A stretch of 64,000 nt of DNA from the human T2T-CHM13v2.0 reference genome, Homo sapiens: the NCBI RefSeq assembly GCF_009914755.1, contig NC_060929.1. One strand, given 5' to 3'. Below the pieces are notes generated by a model. The model saw nothing but the letters and a program-made list of their open reading frames with translations, ran no database searches and had not been told where the DNA came from. The position numbers and the translations under genes are program-made. This document shows, piece after piece, positions 42,950 through 56,960 of this stretch (within the stretch, counting starts at the first letter, position 1; each line of letters starts with the position of its first letter).

Positions 42950-44020
42950 AAAAAAATTATTTTAAATAATGGATACATAATAGTTGTCCATATTTATAAG
43001 GTACAGGTGATGTTTTGATGTAAGCACACAATGAGTAATAATAAAATCAGGATGATCAGGGTTTCCATTACCTCAGGCATTCATTATTTCTTTGTATTAG
43101 AAACATTCCAATTTTATATACAACAAATTATTGTTGACTATAGTAGCGCTATTGTGCTACTGAATACTAAATCTTATCTCTTCCATCTAACTGTATTTCT
43201 GTCCCTATTAATCATCCCTTCCTTATCCCCCTTCCCTCTACCCTTATTCAGTCTCTGGTAACCATCATTCTATTCTCTAGCTCGTTGAGTTCAATTATTT
43301 TTTTAGCCCCCACATATGCATAAGAACATGAGACATTGGTCTTTCTGTGTTTGGCTTATTTCACTTAACATAATGTCCTCCAGTTCCATTGATGCTGTTG
43401 CAAATGACAGGATTTTATTTCTTTTCATGGCTGAATAATATTGCATTGTGTATATTTATTTCATTGTTTTTAATCTATTCATCTGACGATGGACACTTAG
43501 GTTGATTTCATAGCTTGGCTATTGTGAATAGTGCTGCAAAAACATGTGGGATTGTAGGTATCTCTTTAATATACTCATGTATTCTCCTTTGCACATGCCC
43601 AGAAGTGGCATTGCTGGATCATATGATAGTTCAATTTTTAGTTTTTTGAGAAATCTCTATACTGTTCTCCATAGAGGCAGCACTAATTTACATTCCTGCC
43701 AATAGTGTACGAGGGTTTCCCTTACTTCACATCCTCATCAGCATCTGTACTTGCCTGCCTTTTTGATGAAAGTTATTTTAAATGGGGTGACATAATGTTT
43801 CATTACAATTTTGATTTGCATTTCTCTAATGATTAATAATATTAAGCATTTTTCATATACCTGTTGGCCATTTGTATGTCTTCTTTTAAGAAATGTCTAT
43901 TTGTCCATGTTAATCAAATTTTTTTTTCTATTGAGTTGTTTGAGCTCCTTATATATTCTGGTTATTAATGTTTTGTCAGGTGGGAAAATCTGCAAACATT
44001 TTCTCCTGTCTGTCTGCTGT
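42950..44020 (-). mobile_element. L1MA-type 3' fragment
   Basis: gatacataatagttgtccatattt...ggcttatttcacttaacataatgtcctccagttcc...ctgttggccatttgtatgtcttctttt. Confidence 0.9.
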
Positions 44021-44129
44021 CTCTTCCACAGAATGGGAGAAAATACATGCTCTCATGATTTATTCTAAACTTTACCTCTCTTCCAAATCCTAGGTGTTCT
44101 CTTTTACTATTATTTTTCTTCGTTTTTAT

Positions 44130-44950
44130 GGATACTGTCTTATTTCTTTTAATTACATAAATGAAACATGAATCCATAGCCTAAAAAATGTATAGCCGAT
44201 TCCATTTATTCTAACTCTCAACCCCCATCCACTCCATTCTCCAGAAACTATCAATTTGCTGATCATTTTATTGCTGATCATTTTTCAATCTGGTCTTATA
44301 AAATATATAATGCTGACTTCTTCATTAGTTTTCAGTAAATGGTGTCATAATGTACTTACTTTTCTGCAACTCATGTTCTTACTTGCAATATATTTTGGAA
44401 TCTAAACCTGGCAGTACATGTAGATTATCTGTGTAAATATTTGTCTATTGTATGAACCAAGAAGTAGGCTTTTGATCAAGTGCATTTTACTTATGAATAT
44501 AAATGCAGTCAAGATGCCCTCCAATGAGACTTATGAAGATACATTGCCACCAGTTTTTTTTAGAGTTCTCACTTTCCCCCCACGTTGCTCATACTTGATA
44601 TTATCAAACATTTTTATTGTCCTTATCTGATATTGAAATAATGTTTTTTGTAATATTTTAATTTGCATATTTCTATTTTTTGTGTGACTGACAAGATTTC
44701 CTTATTTCCGTGTTTTTTTTCTTTCTTTCTGAATTATTTGCTCCTACCTTTGTTCATTTTTCTTACTAGGTTTTTATTTTTATTTCTTTTCTTTTGCTTA
44801 CATACATCTATATATTCTAGCTATTTATCCTCAGACTTCTTTTCATAATGCATTTATTTTCTTCTGGTTTGTAATGTTTACCTTTTGTGCTTTTTGTGCA
44901 TTCTGATGTAAAACTTATTTATCCATGATTTAAGGATTTTGTTCACATAA
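44130..44950 (-). mobile_element. Old L1 (L1ME-like) fragment
   Basis: Degraded antisense L1 3' text (ttctgcaactc...aatatattttgga; ttttaatttgcatatttct). Confidence 0.5.
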
Positions 44951-45096
44951 AATCTTTAAATGGACTATGTAAATGTGTGTATATACGTATGTGTGTGTGT
45001 CTATACATGTGTGTATTTTCTTATTTTCTTAATTTCTATGCATACTAGGGAAGGCTTTTTGTTTTTAATTACACATAAATATAATGATATAAAAAT

Positions 45097-45205
45097 AGTT
45101 GGCACCTATAGTCCCAGGTACTTGGAAGGCTGAGGTGGGAGAATTGCTTGAGCCTGGGAGTTGGAGACTAGCCTCAGCATCAAAGGGAGACCTGGTCTCT
45201 AAATA
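45097..45205 (+). mobile_element. FLAM-like Alu monomer fragment
   Basis: cacctatagtcccaggtacttggaaggctgaggtgggagaattgcttgagcctgggagttggagactagcc...gagacctggtctct. Confidence 0.75.
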
Positions 45206-45343
45206 TATATTTATATATATTAGAATAATTGCTTTTAAATTAATAATTTTAAAAGTAATTTTAATCTATGACCCAGTTATCTCCTTTTTCAGGGAATATC
45301 TTAAATTCCTTAAAAACATTATATCCTTAAAGATTTGAATATA

Positions 45344-45647
45344 GGCCGGGTGCGATGGCTCATGCCTGTAATCTCAGCACTTTGAGAGGTCGAGGCTGGC
45401 GGACCTCCTGAGGTCAGGAGTTCTAGACTACCCTGGCCAACATGGCGAAACCCCATATCTACTAAAAATACAAAAATTAGCCAGGTGTGGTGGTGGGCAC
45501 CTGTAATCTCAACTACTCGGGAGGTTGAGGCAGGAGAATAGCTTGAACTCGGGGGGTGAAAGTTGCTGTGAGCTGAGATCATGCCACTGCACTCCAGCCT
45601 GGGCAACAGAACGAGACTCCAACTCAAAAAAAAAAAAAAAAAAAAAA
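45344..45647 (+). mobile_element. Alu SINE (AluSx-like)
   Basis: Full dimer plus poly-A; TSD core aaagattt. Confidence 0.95.
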
Positions 45648-46243
45648 GATTTCGAAGTTTGCATCTAAAATATAAGTGTTATATTTTAATTACATGCCAA
45701 ATATTTACTACATCACTATTCTATTGTGAATACAATCTATTTTTCTATTTACATTTCTATTTGGTTAATGAAGTAATAAGAATATTTTAGTTTAAATAAT
45801 TTGTTAGCCGATTATCTTAGAATTTCTATGTAGACATTTGCATCATCTACCCATATTAACATTTTGACATTATAATTGACTTTTTATTTATTTTTTACAT
45901 TCTTATTGCATTGTCGCATATAGAAATTAAATACTGTTGAAAATGTAATGGGAGAACTTGTAATATCTTACAAACAGACATATGTGTACTGTAGTTTTCT
46001 TGTGAATGTGTAATTTATCAAGTTGGAAAAATATTTTACATTTTTATTTTTTAATTGTTATGTGTTTGATGCTTGTTAAAATACAGAACAAGTATTATAT
46101 ACCACGTGTTATTTTGACATCATTGAGATATTCATATTATTTTTCTCCATTACTCAAAATGGCGAATTATATCATATATTTTCTCATGGTGGACTATCTT
46201 GACTTACTCAATGAAATCTGATATGAAATAGAGATTTGCAGGA

Positions 46244-46543
<300 letters not shown>

Positions 46544-46624
46544 GAGATTTGCAGGATCTACGTGTTGTTTTTAGTCTTTAGTATTTGGAATGTCAAATTT
46601 CTTATGTCAGTGGCTAAGCACATA

Positions 46625-47052
46625 TGTGATAGTGGTGGATATGGATATGCAACTACCCAATCCCAATCCTTTTAACCTGATGCTGGAAGTCTTCAGTCAG
46701 TTCCTTTATGAACCACCTCAGCTTCAGAATCAATCACCTCACCCAATAATACAGTTCTTCTAGGGGTGAAGGCTGACCCCTACCCCATGACTGACAGTGG
46801 CAGGAGTTAAAAGGCTTGGCCATGTGGGGTCACTATGAAACAATTCAGGCGAGCCATTTAGTTCCAGAGTGTCCCCTGGATATTAGCTGAACCTATTGAT
46901 AGGTGTTCTTCACAACTGAACCTTTTACTCTGCAAATCCATTTCTTTCCCATTCTTTTTACAGGTGTTGATTCCAAGGGCACTCCCTAAGCAACATTCTA
47001 CACAGCAATCTCCAACTCAAGGTCTGCTTCTCGGAAAGTTCAACCTGTAAGA
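46625..47052 (+). mobile_element. LTR16-type 5' LTR of a degraded ERVL provirus
   Basis: Begins tgt; acaggtgttgattccaagggcactccc...aatctccaactcaaggtctgcttctcggaaagttcaacctgtaaga. Confidence 0.75.
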
Positions 47053-48715
47053 GATGGTTTCAGTTGTCTGAGAAAAAGGTGATGAGGTAATATATAGGAT
47101 CTGGGTCACTCAATATCACATTGAAATTGAGGAGCCCATTACTGGTAGTAACTGGAACATAGATGGTGGTGGGCTACCATTGTTGGGGAATTGGATAGTA
47201 TACCATGCAAGAAAATACATTAGTTGAGAGATGTGCCAGATACTTGAAAAATATGAGGGATATATTAACTATAAAGATAATAGAATTGCATAGACATGAT
47301 ATACTAAGCTGATGTGAGTCACAAAGATAATGGAAGACAAAAGTAATTAAGAAGCAATTTTATGTCAAGTGTGAAAGTGAAGAACTCTTCTGAGTCCAAG
47401 TCGGTTATGATCTCCCACAGTAAGAAGGCAGGCAAATTGAGGACTAGGTTCAAGACTTATTTTCATCTTAAGCTGCAGGTCAACACAATTTGGTTATGCC
47501 AAAGACGGCAACCTTTGGGTAAGAGTGGTACTTTCATATGTGAGATAAATATACTAGAGTTGAAGCCCTTTAAACTGAGACAAATATTGAGCCCCAAAAT
47601 GCTAATATTCCTCGAGAAAATCAATGAAGCACAGTTTGGAGACTTGACTTTATTGTGCTTCAATGGCTTATTCAAACAGGGGTTGACAGCTTTACCAGGT
47701 ATGGATTTGTTTTTTTTCTGCCTACATGATCCTAGTCAGCATGATTATCTGAGGTTTGCAAAATTCTCATTTATTGGCCTAAGATCCCGCATTACACAGC
47801 ATAAAGGGACCATTTTTCACAAAAGTAAGGGTTGAAGTAGGCCCCAGACTATGAGACTCATTAACTGTATCCCATATCAACTGCCAAGAAGCTTGCAGTC
47901 TAATAGATGGTTGACACAATTTACTGAAAGCACATTTGAGACACTAGCTCAGAAGTGATATTCTGCAATAATGGGAAGCCATCCTCCAGGATTCAGCATA
48001 CATAGTGAATAAAAAACCCTTTTAAAGTATGATGTTTTCCATAGGAAGAAAATGTATGGTTCCATGAACCACAGGATGAAAGAAGGATCCCTGTTTAAGA
48101 TCACTCTCCATGGTTCACTTGGAGAATGTGTACTTTCTGTCCTTCAACATTCGTTCTATAGGTTTCGAGGTTGTGGGCCATAAAAGGGGAAAAACTTCCA
48201 CCAGAAAACAAAAGAGACCCATTGAACTTTATAGCTTTCTGGAAGATGCTGTGGGTTCCTTATGTTCAGGGACAAGTAGGCAATAAGAAAATGTTCTTAT
48301 ATGTAAAAGTGATCCTGATCATCATAAAGAGAAGAAACTACTGTTAAAACATGGTAGCATTGGTAATATAATGAAACATAGATAGTGCACCTTGTAGTCC
48401 TTTTGTACTTCCCTGCCCGACTGTGTTGCTAAACAGATTTGTTCAGGAATTCTACTCTGAAAATGACATGATAATCAGTGTCTCCTGTACCTCAAGATTG
48501 ATGGTTTGATTCAGAGTCTGAAGTGAGACAAAGAAGTTGTTAGCTGAAGCTGAGAAGCATCTGGTTAGATAGCAGAGGAAATAGACAATGTATAGTATCT
48601 ATTGCAGTGCCAATGTCAGCCGAAACAATGGACGTGTCTTTCTTCCTGCTACCTTTACCCCAGAAAGGGAGGCCCACCTGAACACTGGAGGAGCTACTTC
48701 TCCAAAGAATATACA
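47053..48715 (+). mobile_element. Degraded ERVL internal sequence (ERV3-16A3_I-like)
   Basis: Follows the LTR directly; integrase-like remnants (gggaccattttt..., gccatcctccaggattcagcatac, ggttccatgaaccacagg). Confidence 0.55.
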
Positions 48716-48719
48716 ATTG

Positions 48720-49796
48720 TGTACATTTAGGTTGACCCATGTCCTAGCAATCATAAATAATGCTACAATAAACACAGAAGTATAGATCTCTCTTTGACAT
48801 GCTGATTTCACATACTTTGAATATATATCCAGCAGTGGGATTGGATTGCTGGATCATATGGAAGTTCTACTTTAGCCTTTCGAGGAACTTTCATACAGTT
48901 TTCTATAATAAAGAAAAGGTGGCATATGTAACAATAGAATACTATGCAGTCTTGAAAAAACAGGAAATTCTGTCATTTATGACAATATGGGTAAATCTGG
49001 AGAACATTACACTAAGTGAAATAAACCCGGCACAGAAAGACAAATACCATAGCATTACACTAATATGGGAAATTTAAAACCATCGAGCTCGTAGCAGCAG
49101 AGAGTGGAATGGTGGTTGCCAGAGGCTGGGCAGTGCGGAAAATGAGAAGATATTGGTCAGATGGTACAAAGTTTTAGTTAGAGAGAAATAATATATTTTT
49201 TGAGATCTGCACAGTATTGATACTATAAATAATTATGTATTTTGTATTTCAACATTGCTAAGTTTCAAATGTTCTCTCCACAAAAAATAATAAACATTTG
49301 AAGTAATAGTGTATTAGTCCATTCTCATGCTGCTAATAAAGACGTACTTGAGACTGGTTAGTTTATAAAGGAGAGAGGTTTAATTGACTCACAGTTCAGC
49401 AGGGTGGGGAGATCTCAGGAAACTTACAATCGTGGTAGAAGGGAAGGCAAACATGTCCTTCTTCTCATGGCAGCAGCAAGGAGAAGTGCCAAGCAAAAGG
49501 GGAATAGCCCCTTATGAAACCGTCAGATCTCGTGACAACTCACTCCCTATCACAAGAACAGAAACATTGGAATAACTGCCCCTACGATTAAACTACCTCC
49601 TACCAGGGGTCTCCCATGACAGGTGAGGCTTATAGGAACTACAAATTCAAGATGAGATTTGGGTGGGGGCACAGCCAAACCATATCAGATAGATATATTA
49701 ATCAGCTAGATTTAATCATTTTACATTGTATACATATATCATAACCAGTTTTACTTCATAAAATATATAATTATGATTTGTCAATTAATAATTTTT
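48720..49796 (+). mobile_element. 5'-truncated, 5'-inverted L1MA-type element (interrupted by THE1)
   Basis: 48720-48908 antisense L1; from about 48907 sense L1 3'UTR (ataaagaaaaggtggc...acactaagtgaaataa...cagaaagacaaatacc). Confidence 0.85.
49310..49687 (-). mobile_element. THE1C/D-type MaLR solo LTR
   Basis: tgtattagtccattctcatgctgctaataaagac...gatgagatttgggtgggggcacagccaaaccatatca; TSD-like aatag / gatag. Confidence 0.93.
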
Positions 49797-49841
49797 AAAG
49801 TACATATAAAAATGGGTTCAGTGGTCACAAAAGAAGGACTA

Positions 49842-50400
49842 TGTAATGGGCATGAAGATGTGCCACCCACTGTTCTTTCAAAGAGAAGTGTGTTGCTCAG
49901 ATTCCGGGAGTGATGTTAGCAAATAGCCTTCAGCCGTCAAGCCCTCAGGGATTATCTGAATTTCAGAGTCACTCACCCAAGATCACACCCCTCTCAAGCA
50001 GCTCACATGCAATAAGTAATAGAGGGAAGCATATAAAGGCCAGGACGTTTTAGACCACTACAGCAGTGGTCCCAACCTTTTTGTAACCAGGGAGACAATT
50101 TTGTGGAAGACAGTTTTTCCGTGGACTAGGGGCACGGGGGTGGAGCAAATGGTTTCAGGATGATTCAAGCACATTAAATTTATTGTGCACTTTATTTCTA
50201 TGATTATTGCATTGTAATAGAACCTCATCAATTTACCTGAATTTGTGTTCAGGTGTATATTACAGCTCATTATCTCTCTTTCTGTCTCTCAAAACCCTGT
50301 TTTTCCCACCTTCTTCCATAGGTAGTCCTCTCAATTCATTCTCTAATCGACTTCACAAACTCTATCCCAGAATCTACTTCCTGGGGAAATCAGTCTGAAA
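49842..50400 (+). mobile_element. LTR16-type 3' LTR (interrupted by MER1B)
   Basis: tgtaatgg after purine tract aaaagaaggac; gagtcactcacccaagatcacacccc; ends ccagaatctacttcctggggaaatc. Confidence 0.6.
50064..50219 (+). mobile_element. MER1B fragment (hAT-Charlie)
   Basis: cagtggtcccaacctttttg...gtggaagacagtttttcc...ggatgattcaagcacattaaatttattgtgcactttatttc. Confidence 0.85.
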
Positions 50401-50674
50401 AAAATGATAATGATCTATAATTTGTTTTCTTTTTTATCTCTAGTTTTCATGTTTACTAATTTTATTGCAGAAAAATTGAAACCTGTAAAATCAACTAAAA
50501 AATGTAAAGAAACCTTATGTGTTTACTATTCAGTGTCAAAATTTTCAGTATCTCGAAACCCTTTTAAATATAAACTTCTACCCTACTTCTCTAATTTTGT
50601 TATTATAGGTACTCTATCCTTATAGAATATTTGGGTAACCTTCCTTTCTTTTTCAAAACATTTGTGTAATATAA

Positions 50675-52978
50675 TGCTGTGGATTAAATTGTGTCCCCTT
50701 CTAAATTATATATTGAAGCCCTGACTACTAACGTGACTGTTGTAGGGCCTATATGGAGGTAATTAAGGTTCAATGAGGCCAAAAGGATGGGACCCTCATT
50801 CAATAAAATTAATGTTCTTATAAGAAGAGACACAAGAGAGCTCACTTTCTTTTTCTCTATGTAAGCAAACACTGAGAAAAAGAGAGCCCTCACCAGAAAT
50901 TGGCCATGTTGACACTCTGATCTCAGAATTCCAGGCTCCAGAACTTTAATAAAATAAATTTCTGTTACTTAGACTACCTAGTCTGTGATATTATGTTGGG
51001 TAACCCAAGTTAATTCATAGAGATTTTGGTACTGAGAAGTGGGGTGCCACTGTAATAAACACCTCAAAACATGGCAGACTCCTCAGAACTGGAAAATGGC
51101 CAGAGGCTAGAGGAGTTTTGAGGTGCATAGTAGAAGCTTTGATTGCACTGAAGAGGTTTTTGCTAGAAATGTAGATATTAAAGGCAATTCTAATGAGGAT
51201 CCAGGAAAAAAAATAAAGGAGAACCATAGAAAAATCCTCCATCTTCTTAAACAAACATAAATACTAATGAATACTAGGCTTAATACCTAGGTGATAAAAT
51301 AATCCCTACCACAAACCCCCATGACACACATTGGCCTATGTAATAAACATGCACATCCTGCACATGTACCCTGAACTTAAAAGTTGAAAAATACCAAGAC
51401 TCATGAATAGAATGTTGGTAAAAATGTAGACATTAAAGGCCTTTCTGGTGAGGTCGTGGATAAGAATGAGGATGAGGTCATTGGGAAATTGGGAAACGGC
51501 AATCCCTATTAGAAAGAGGCGAAGAATTTGGCTGAATTGTGTTCTAGTGTTTTGCGGAAGATAAAACTTATGAACCATGAATTCAGTTATTTACCTGAGG
51601 AGATTTCTAAAGAAAATGTTGAAGACAAAGCCTGAATCCTCCTTACTGCTTATATTAAAATGTGAAAGGATAGAAATGAATTGAAAAAGAAACTGTTAAG
51701 CAAAAATAACCACGCTTAAAGATTTAAAAAATGTTCAGCCCGTTCATATTGTAAAAAGTGAAAGTTTGTTTTTAAGGGAATACAAAGGATGTGGCTAAAC
51801 AACCATTTGATAAAAAGATTATTTTATTTTAAGCCATAAATTTAAATAGCAGCCTCATCAGAAGATAGGAATGGAATTAGTATATCAGCAGAAAGACTGT
51901 CATTTTAGACCAAGGCAGCAGCAATACCTAGTTTGGACTATAGGTAACAGGGAAGGATGAAAGAGGTATTCATCTGTAAAAATGCTTTATCTTTCTAGAA
52001 AGGGAAGAGTGACTCAAGAAGGGATTGATCAGAGATCATCAGGGCTGCCACTCACACCAGAGCCCAGAAGCAAGGCTACCCCCTCCTCTATTTTGGAAGA
52101 CCAAGAGGACCTCACAGAGAGCTTTGTGGGTAGGGCCAACCTGCAGACACATGGGGGTGCTGAGGTCACCTCATTGGGCTTAAAAGGCAGAACACTGAAT
52201 CAAAGAGGGTTATTCTCAAGCCTAGAGAGCTAATGGAATTTGCCTTGTTGGGTTTCAGAGTTGTTTTGATCCATCACTTCCTTCCTTTAAATTTCTATCT
52301 TTTGGAATGGGAATGCCTATCTTATGCCTTCCCACACTGTATTTTGGAAGCATATAACTTGTCTGTTTTCACAGGTTCACAGCTGGAGAGAAATTTTTGC
52401 CTCAGGATGAATCTGCATCTTGAGTCTCACTCATATCTGATTTAGATGGTATTTAGATGAGACATTGGACTTTAAACTTTAGAGTTGATGCTGAAACAAT
52501 TTAAGGCTTTGGAGCTGTTGGGACAGAATGAATGAATTTTGAATACAAGAAGTAAATTAATATTGAAGGCCCATGGTGGGAATGCTATCGACTGAATTGG
52601 GTCATCCCCCCTACCCCAAAGTTGTATGGTGAATCCCTAATCTAATATGACTATATTTGGACATATGCTCTATAAGGACGTAATAAGGTTAAGTGAAGTA
52701 ATAGGACTGAGGCCCTGATCCAATAGGATCGGTGTCCTTTCAAGAAGAGACACCAGAAAGCTGACTCTCTCTCTCTGCATGCATGAGCAAGGGAAAGAGG
52801 CTGTGAAAACACAGTAAAAAGGCCACCATCTACAAGCCAGGAAAAGATCCGTCACCAGAAACTAACCATGTTGAAATCCTCACCTCAGTATTCCAGGCTC
52901 CAGACCTGTGAAAAATGCATTTCTGTTGTTTAAACCACCATCTGTAGTATTGTATGGTAGTCCAAGTTGACTAATACA
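50675..52978 (+). mobile_element. Full MaLR provirus (MST/MLT1A-type): LTR 50675-51019, internal region, LTR 52583-52978
   Basis: Two similar LTRs (tgct...ggtaattaaggtt...aagaagagacac...ccaggctccaga...tttctgtt) flanking internal sequence starting gattttggtactgagaagtgggg. Confidence 0.85.
51262..51392 (+). mobile_element. Short L1PA 3'-end insertion inside the MaLR internal region
   Basis: tactaggcttaatacctaggtgat...caaacccccatgacac...acatcctgcacatgtaccctgaacttaaaa. Confidence 0.85.
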
Positions 52979-53364
52979 GATTTTAGTACCAAGAAGTTGT
53001 GTGACAAAGAACTGAGTAACCAAATACTGCTGTGACAGATACCTAAAAATGTGGAAGAGGCTTCGGAACTGGCTAATGGGTAACAGTAGCCCGAGCTGAT
53101 TAACACAGATGAGAAATATCCTTCAAACCTTAGAGAATCTTCCCATAATTCTGGTGATAGGTACCTTTTGGGAAGCTAGGATATTTACTCCTATTTCAAT
53201 TTTGCAATTTGTAGGTATTATTCTACTTACTCAGTTTGAAATAAATACATTAAAAATCAAAGTGGAAATCGCACAAATTTTTGTTATTTTTCAAACACCT
53301 TTAGCAGCATTATTTTGCTTCATACTTTTTTCTGTGCTATTATTATCATTGCTAATATTCTTGA

Positions 53365-53759
<395 letters not shown>

Positions 53760-55006
53760 AGGCTTGCCAAATCTTAAGTTATTCATTAATATTTTCAAAG
53801 AACTACAATTCATTGCATTAATCAACAATTCTAGTGTTCTTTTCTTGTTTGCTTTTTAATTGCATTGATTTCTGTTTTTAATATTAATTCATTTCTTCCT
53901 GCTATTGATTTTAAATAGGTCTTTAATCTTTTTCTATTTACACCTAAAGCTTATTTTATTAATACAATTCATTTTGCTTTTTAATTCATATATTTGGATG
54001 TATGCTTTCTTTGTAAGTATGATTTTGGCTTTTTTCCCTTTGGATTGTGACAGGTAGAAGCTTATATTTTCATCCTAAATAGATTCTACTTTGATTTCTT
54101 TTTTAAGATAATTTCTTGGCAGAATTTTCAGATACACAAATTTTTTTAAAATAACTTTTTTCTTGATATCTTATGTCATTATGCTTTGATCAGTTACTGC
54201 AAACTACATGGGAATACTTGTTTAATTTTTTTAAAGATTTATTGTCAGCTTTGTGCATAATCAAACAACATGAATATTCTTGATGTGTCTGTAAGTTAGT
54301 ATTCCATAGCCTGTCTAGTGTCAAAATACTCATATACTAGTTCAAGTTCATTAAATAAAATTTTCAAATACCCTGTGTTCTTAATTCTTTTTCCTGTTAC
54401 TTTTAGAAGGGGATTGTTAAGGAATGTTACAACAATTACGGATTTAGCACATCAAAAACATTAAAACTGAGTCTTTGTTTATTAGTCCTTTGGCCCTACT
54501 GCTAGCTGTGACTCCTTGTGGATACCAGACTCTAGATCGGAGTCTGCTTTAGATAGCTGTTTAATTAATAAATTTTGGAAGTACAGAAGCCCCACGGTTT
54601 GTTCTTATAGTGAGTTATTGCAATGTAAGAGCATAACTAGGAAAAGAAATCATATTGCAAATTATATCCATGGGGAAAAGATATAGTGACCTCCAGGAAA
54701 TATCCAGAGGTGTGAGGCAGGGACCAATGGTGAAGTTAGCAAGAGGGGATTCAAAGGGGGGAAATAACTCAATCAAGAAATAATTAAGTGAACGTAACAG
54801 ATGGAGCCAGCTCAAGGGATAAATCTTTTCAAAATGAACAATATATCAAGAAGTGGTTAGTAGAAGTAATTCTGAGGGAATGGTTAGAGGATAGAGTAGA
54901 GGTTGGATAAAAGATGAGGGCACAAAGGTGGCATGAAGAATTCTTTCATTGCATTTGTTAGCATTAGAGTTCACATTTACATGTGTTTTTTCCATAGGTA
55001 CATTAC

Positions 55007-55165
55007 TAGCGCTTCGCAAATTTTAATTTGAACATGAATCACCTGGGGACCATATTAAAAAGTAGATTCTGATTCAGTAGGTATGGATTGGGGTCTGAGA
55101 TTCTACATTGCTAAAACTCTCCTGGGGGCACCTGCACTGTTCCTCTGTGAGGACCCTGTGAGCAA
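55007..55165. mobile_element. MER5A-like hAT-Charlie fossil
   Basis: gaatcacctgggga...ttaaaaagtagattctgattcagtaggt...ggggtctgagattctacatt. Confidence 0.75.
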
Positions 55166-55683
55166 ATTAAATGCCAGGACATTTAATTTATTCCCATAAC
55201 TGAGAAGCACTTAACAGAGATGTGCACATTCAGGAAGTGGTAGATAAGAGCAACATGTACCCCGAGGACATCTGGGGACTGAAAGATTAGTTTGCAGATC
55301 CTGGATTTTGACTTTTTGGACCTTGGGGAAGAAAAGATGCTGAAAGGCATGCTGACAGGGCATGGATTTCTTGGAGAATTGTGCTGTTTCTCAAGTTAAG
55401 GAGAAACTGGAATCAGAGGCAACTCTCCATTCCACCCACGGAACATGTGTTCCTCTCAATGACGGGAGACTCAAGCTCTGTGTTCCTTAGTTCTAGTGTT
55501 AAAAATCTCATGGTCTAAAATATCTTTGCAGGGTTGATTGGAATATGCTACAATTTACAGAAAGAACAATATGATAGTGCTCATTTATGAATTGAGTAAT
55601 ACCAGCCACTAGTATTACTAAAGGAATACCAGGAATTCAAAGGAATTACTAAAATAACAAACAGTCATTAAAAATTTTTTTCC

Positions 55684-55990
<307 letters not shown>

Positions 55991-56749
55991 CTATCTTTAC
56001 AGTCATAATATGCTACATCAAGCTCAATTTCCTTAACAGAGAATTGGAAGGACAGGTTTATGAATAAATAAATGATACAATATAAAATAGCTTCCACAGC
56101 TATCTGAAATGCTTCCCAATGGTACTGACTTCTAAAAGCCACATATGCTTTACTCTACAGCAACCATAGATACTTTAACACTAAAATAGTGAAACACATT
56201 ATTGAGCACCTCAACGTGCTGAGGGATCGCCTAGAGATATGCATCCTGAAATCTATTGTCTTTCTATTTCAGTATGACATTGGCAAAAAATAACCATGCT
56301 TCAAGTATCTAGACTTCACTTTCCCAAACTGGACATTTATGAAATAGCCCCAGTATGCCATCTCTCTAAATTGTATAATTCACATAATAAATAATATCAT
56401 CTGTTCTCTACCAGCCATCATTAAAAGTTCCTGCCAAATATGTTTAATCCTGTGTGTCGGAGAGAAAGTTAATGGAGATACAAGATGGAAAGTCATCTTT
56501 GATGAGCCATTTTCTTTCTCAAAATTGTTCAAGTTTACCCATGGATAACTTTTGTTTTTTCTACCCCTATCTTGTTCATAGTATATGGCCTTTCTAAAAA
56601 TTGTCATTTTAAGTCAATCTTTCATAACATTAATATTGAAAATTTTATTTATTACATACAATTGCCTTCTATTAAAAGCAAAAAAAATTCATCTGCATTG
56701 ATTGTTATCTGGTTCTAAGCAACTGCAATTTTATTCTGTAATTTCAGTA

Positions 56750-56960
56750 CAGTAGTCAGCCAGGGTGGGAACTGAATTTCAATTCTTTGACTTATTAGTA
56801 ATACAATATGCAAGCTCTTCAATTATTCCATACCTCAGTTTCCTTATCAGTATAATGGAAATAATAAGATTTGCCTAATAGAGTTTTTGTGAAGGCAAAA
56901 TAAAGTGGAAAGATTTTAGCATAGATTAGACATCTTATCAACATAATGTCTATTGTCTTT
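56750..56960 (+). mobile_element. MIR fragment
   Basis: cctcagtttccttatcagtataatggaaataataag...cctaatagagtttttgtgaagg (MIR core). Confidence 0.65.

Noticed and set aside
47362-47835. 157-aa ORF
   Set aside because: Inside decayed ERVL internal sequence with no recognisable intact gag/pol motif; likely a chance frame
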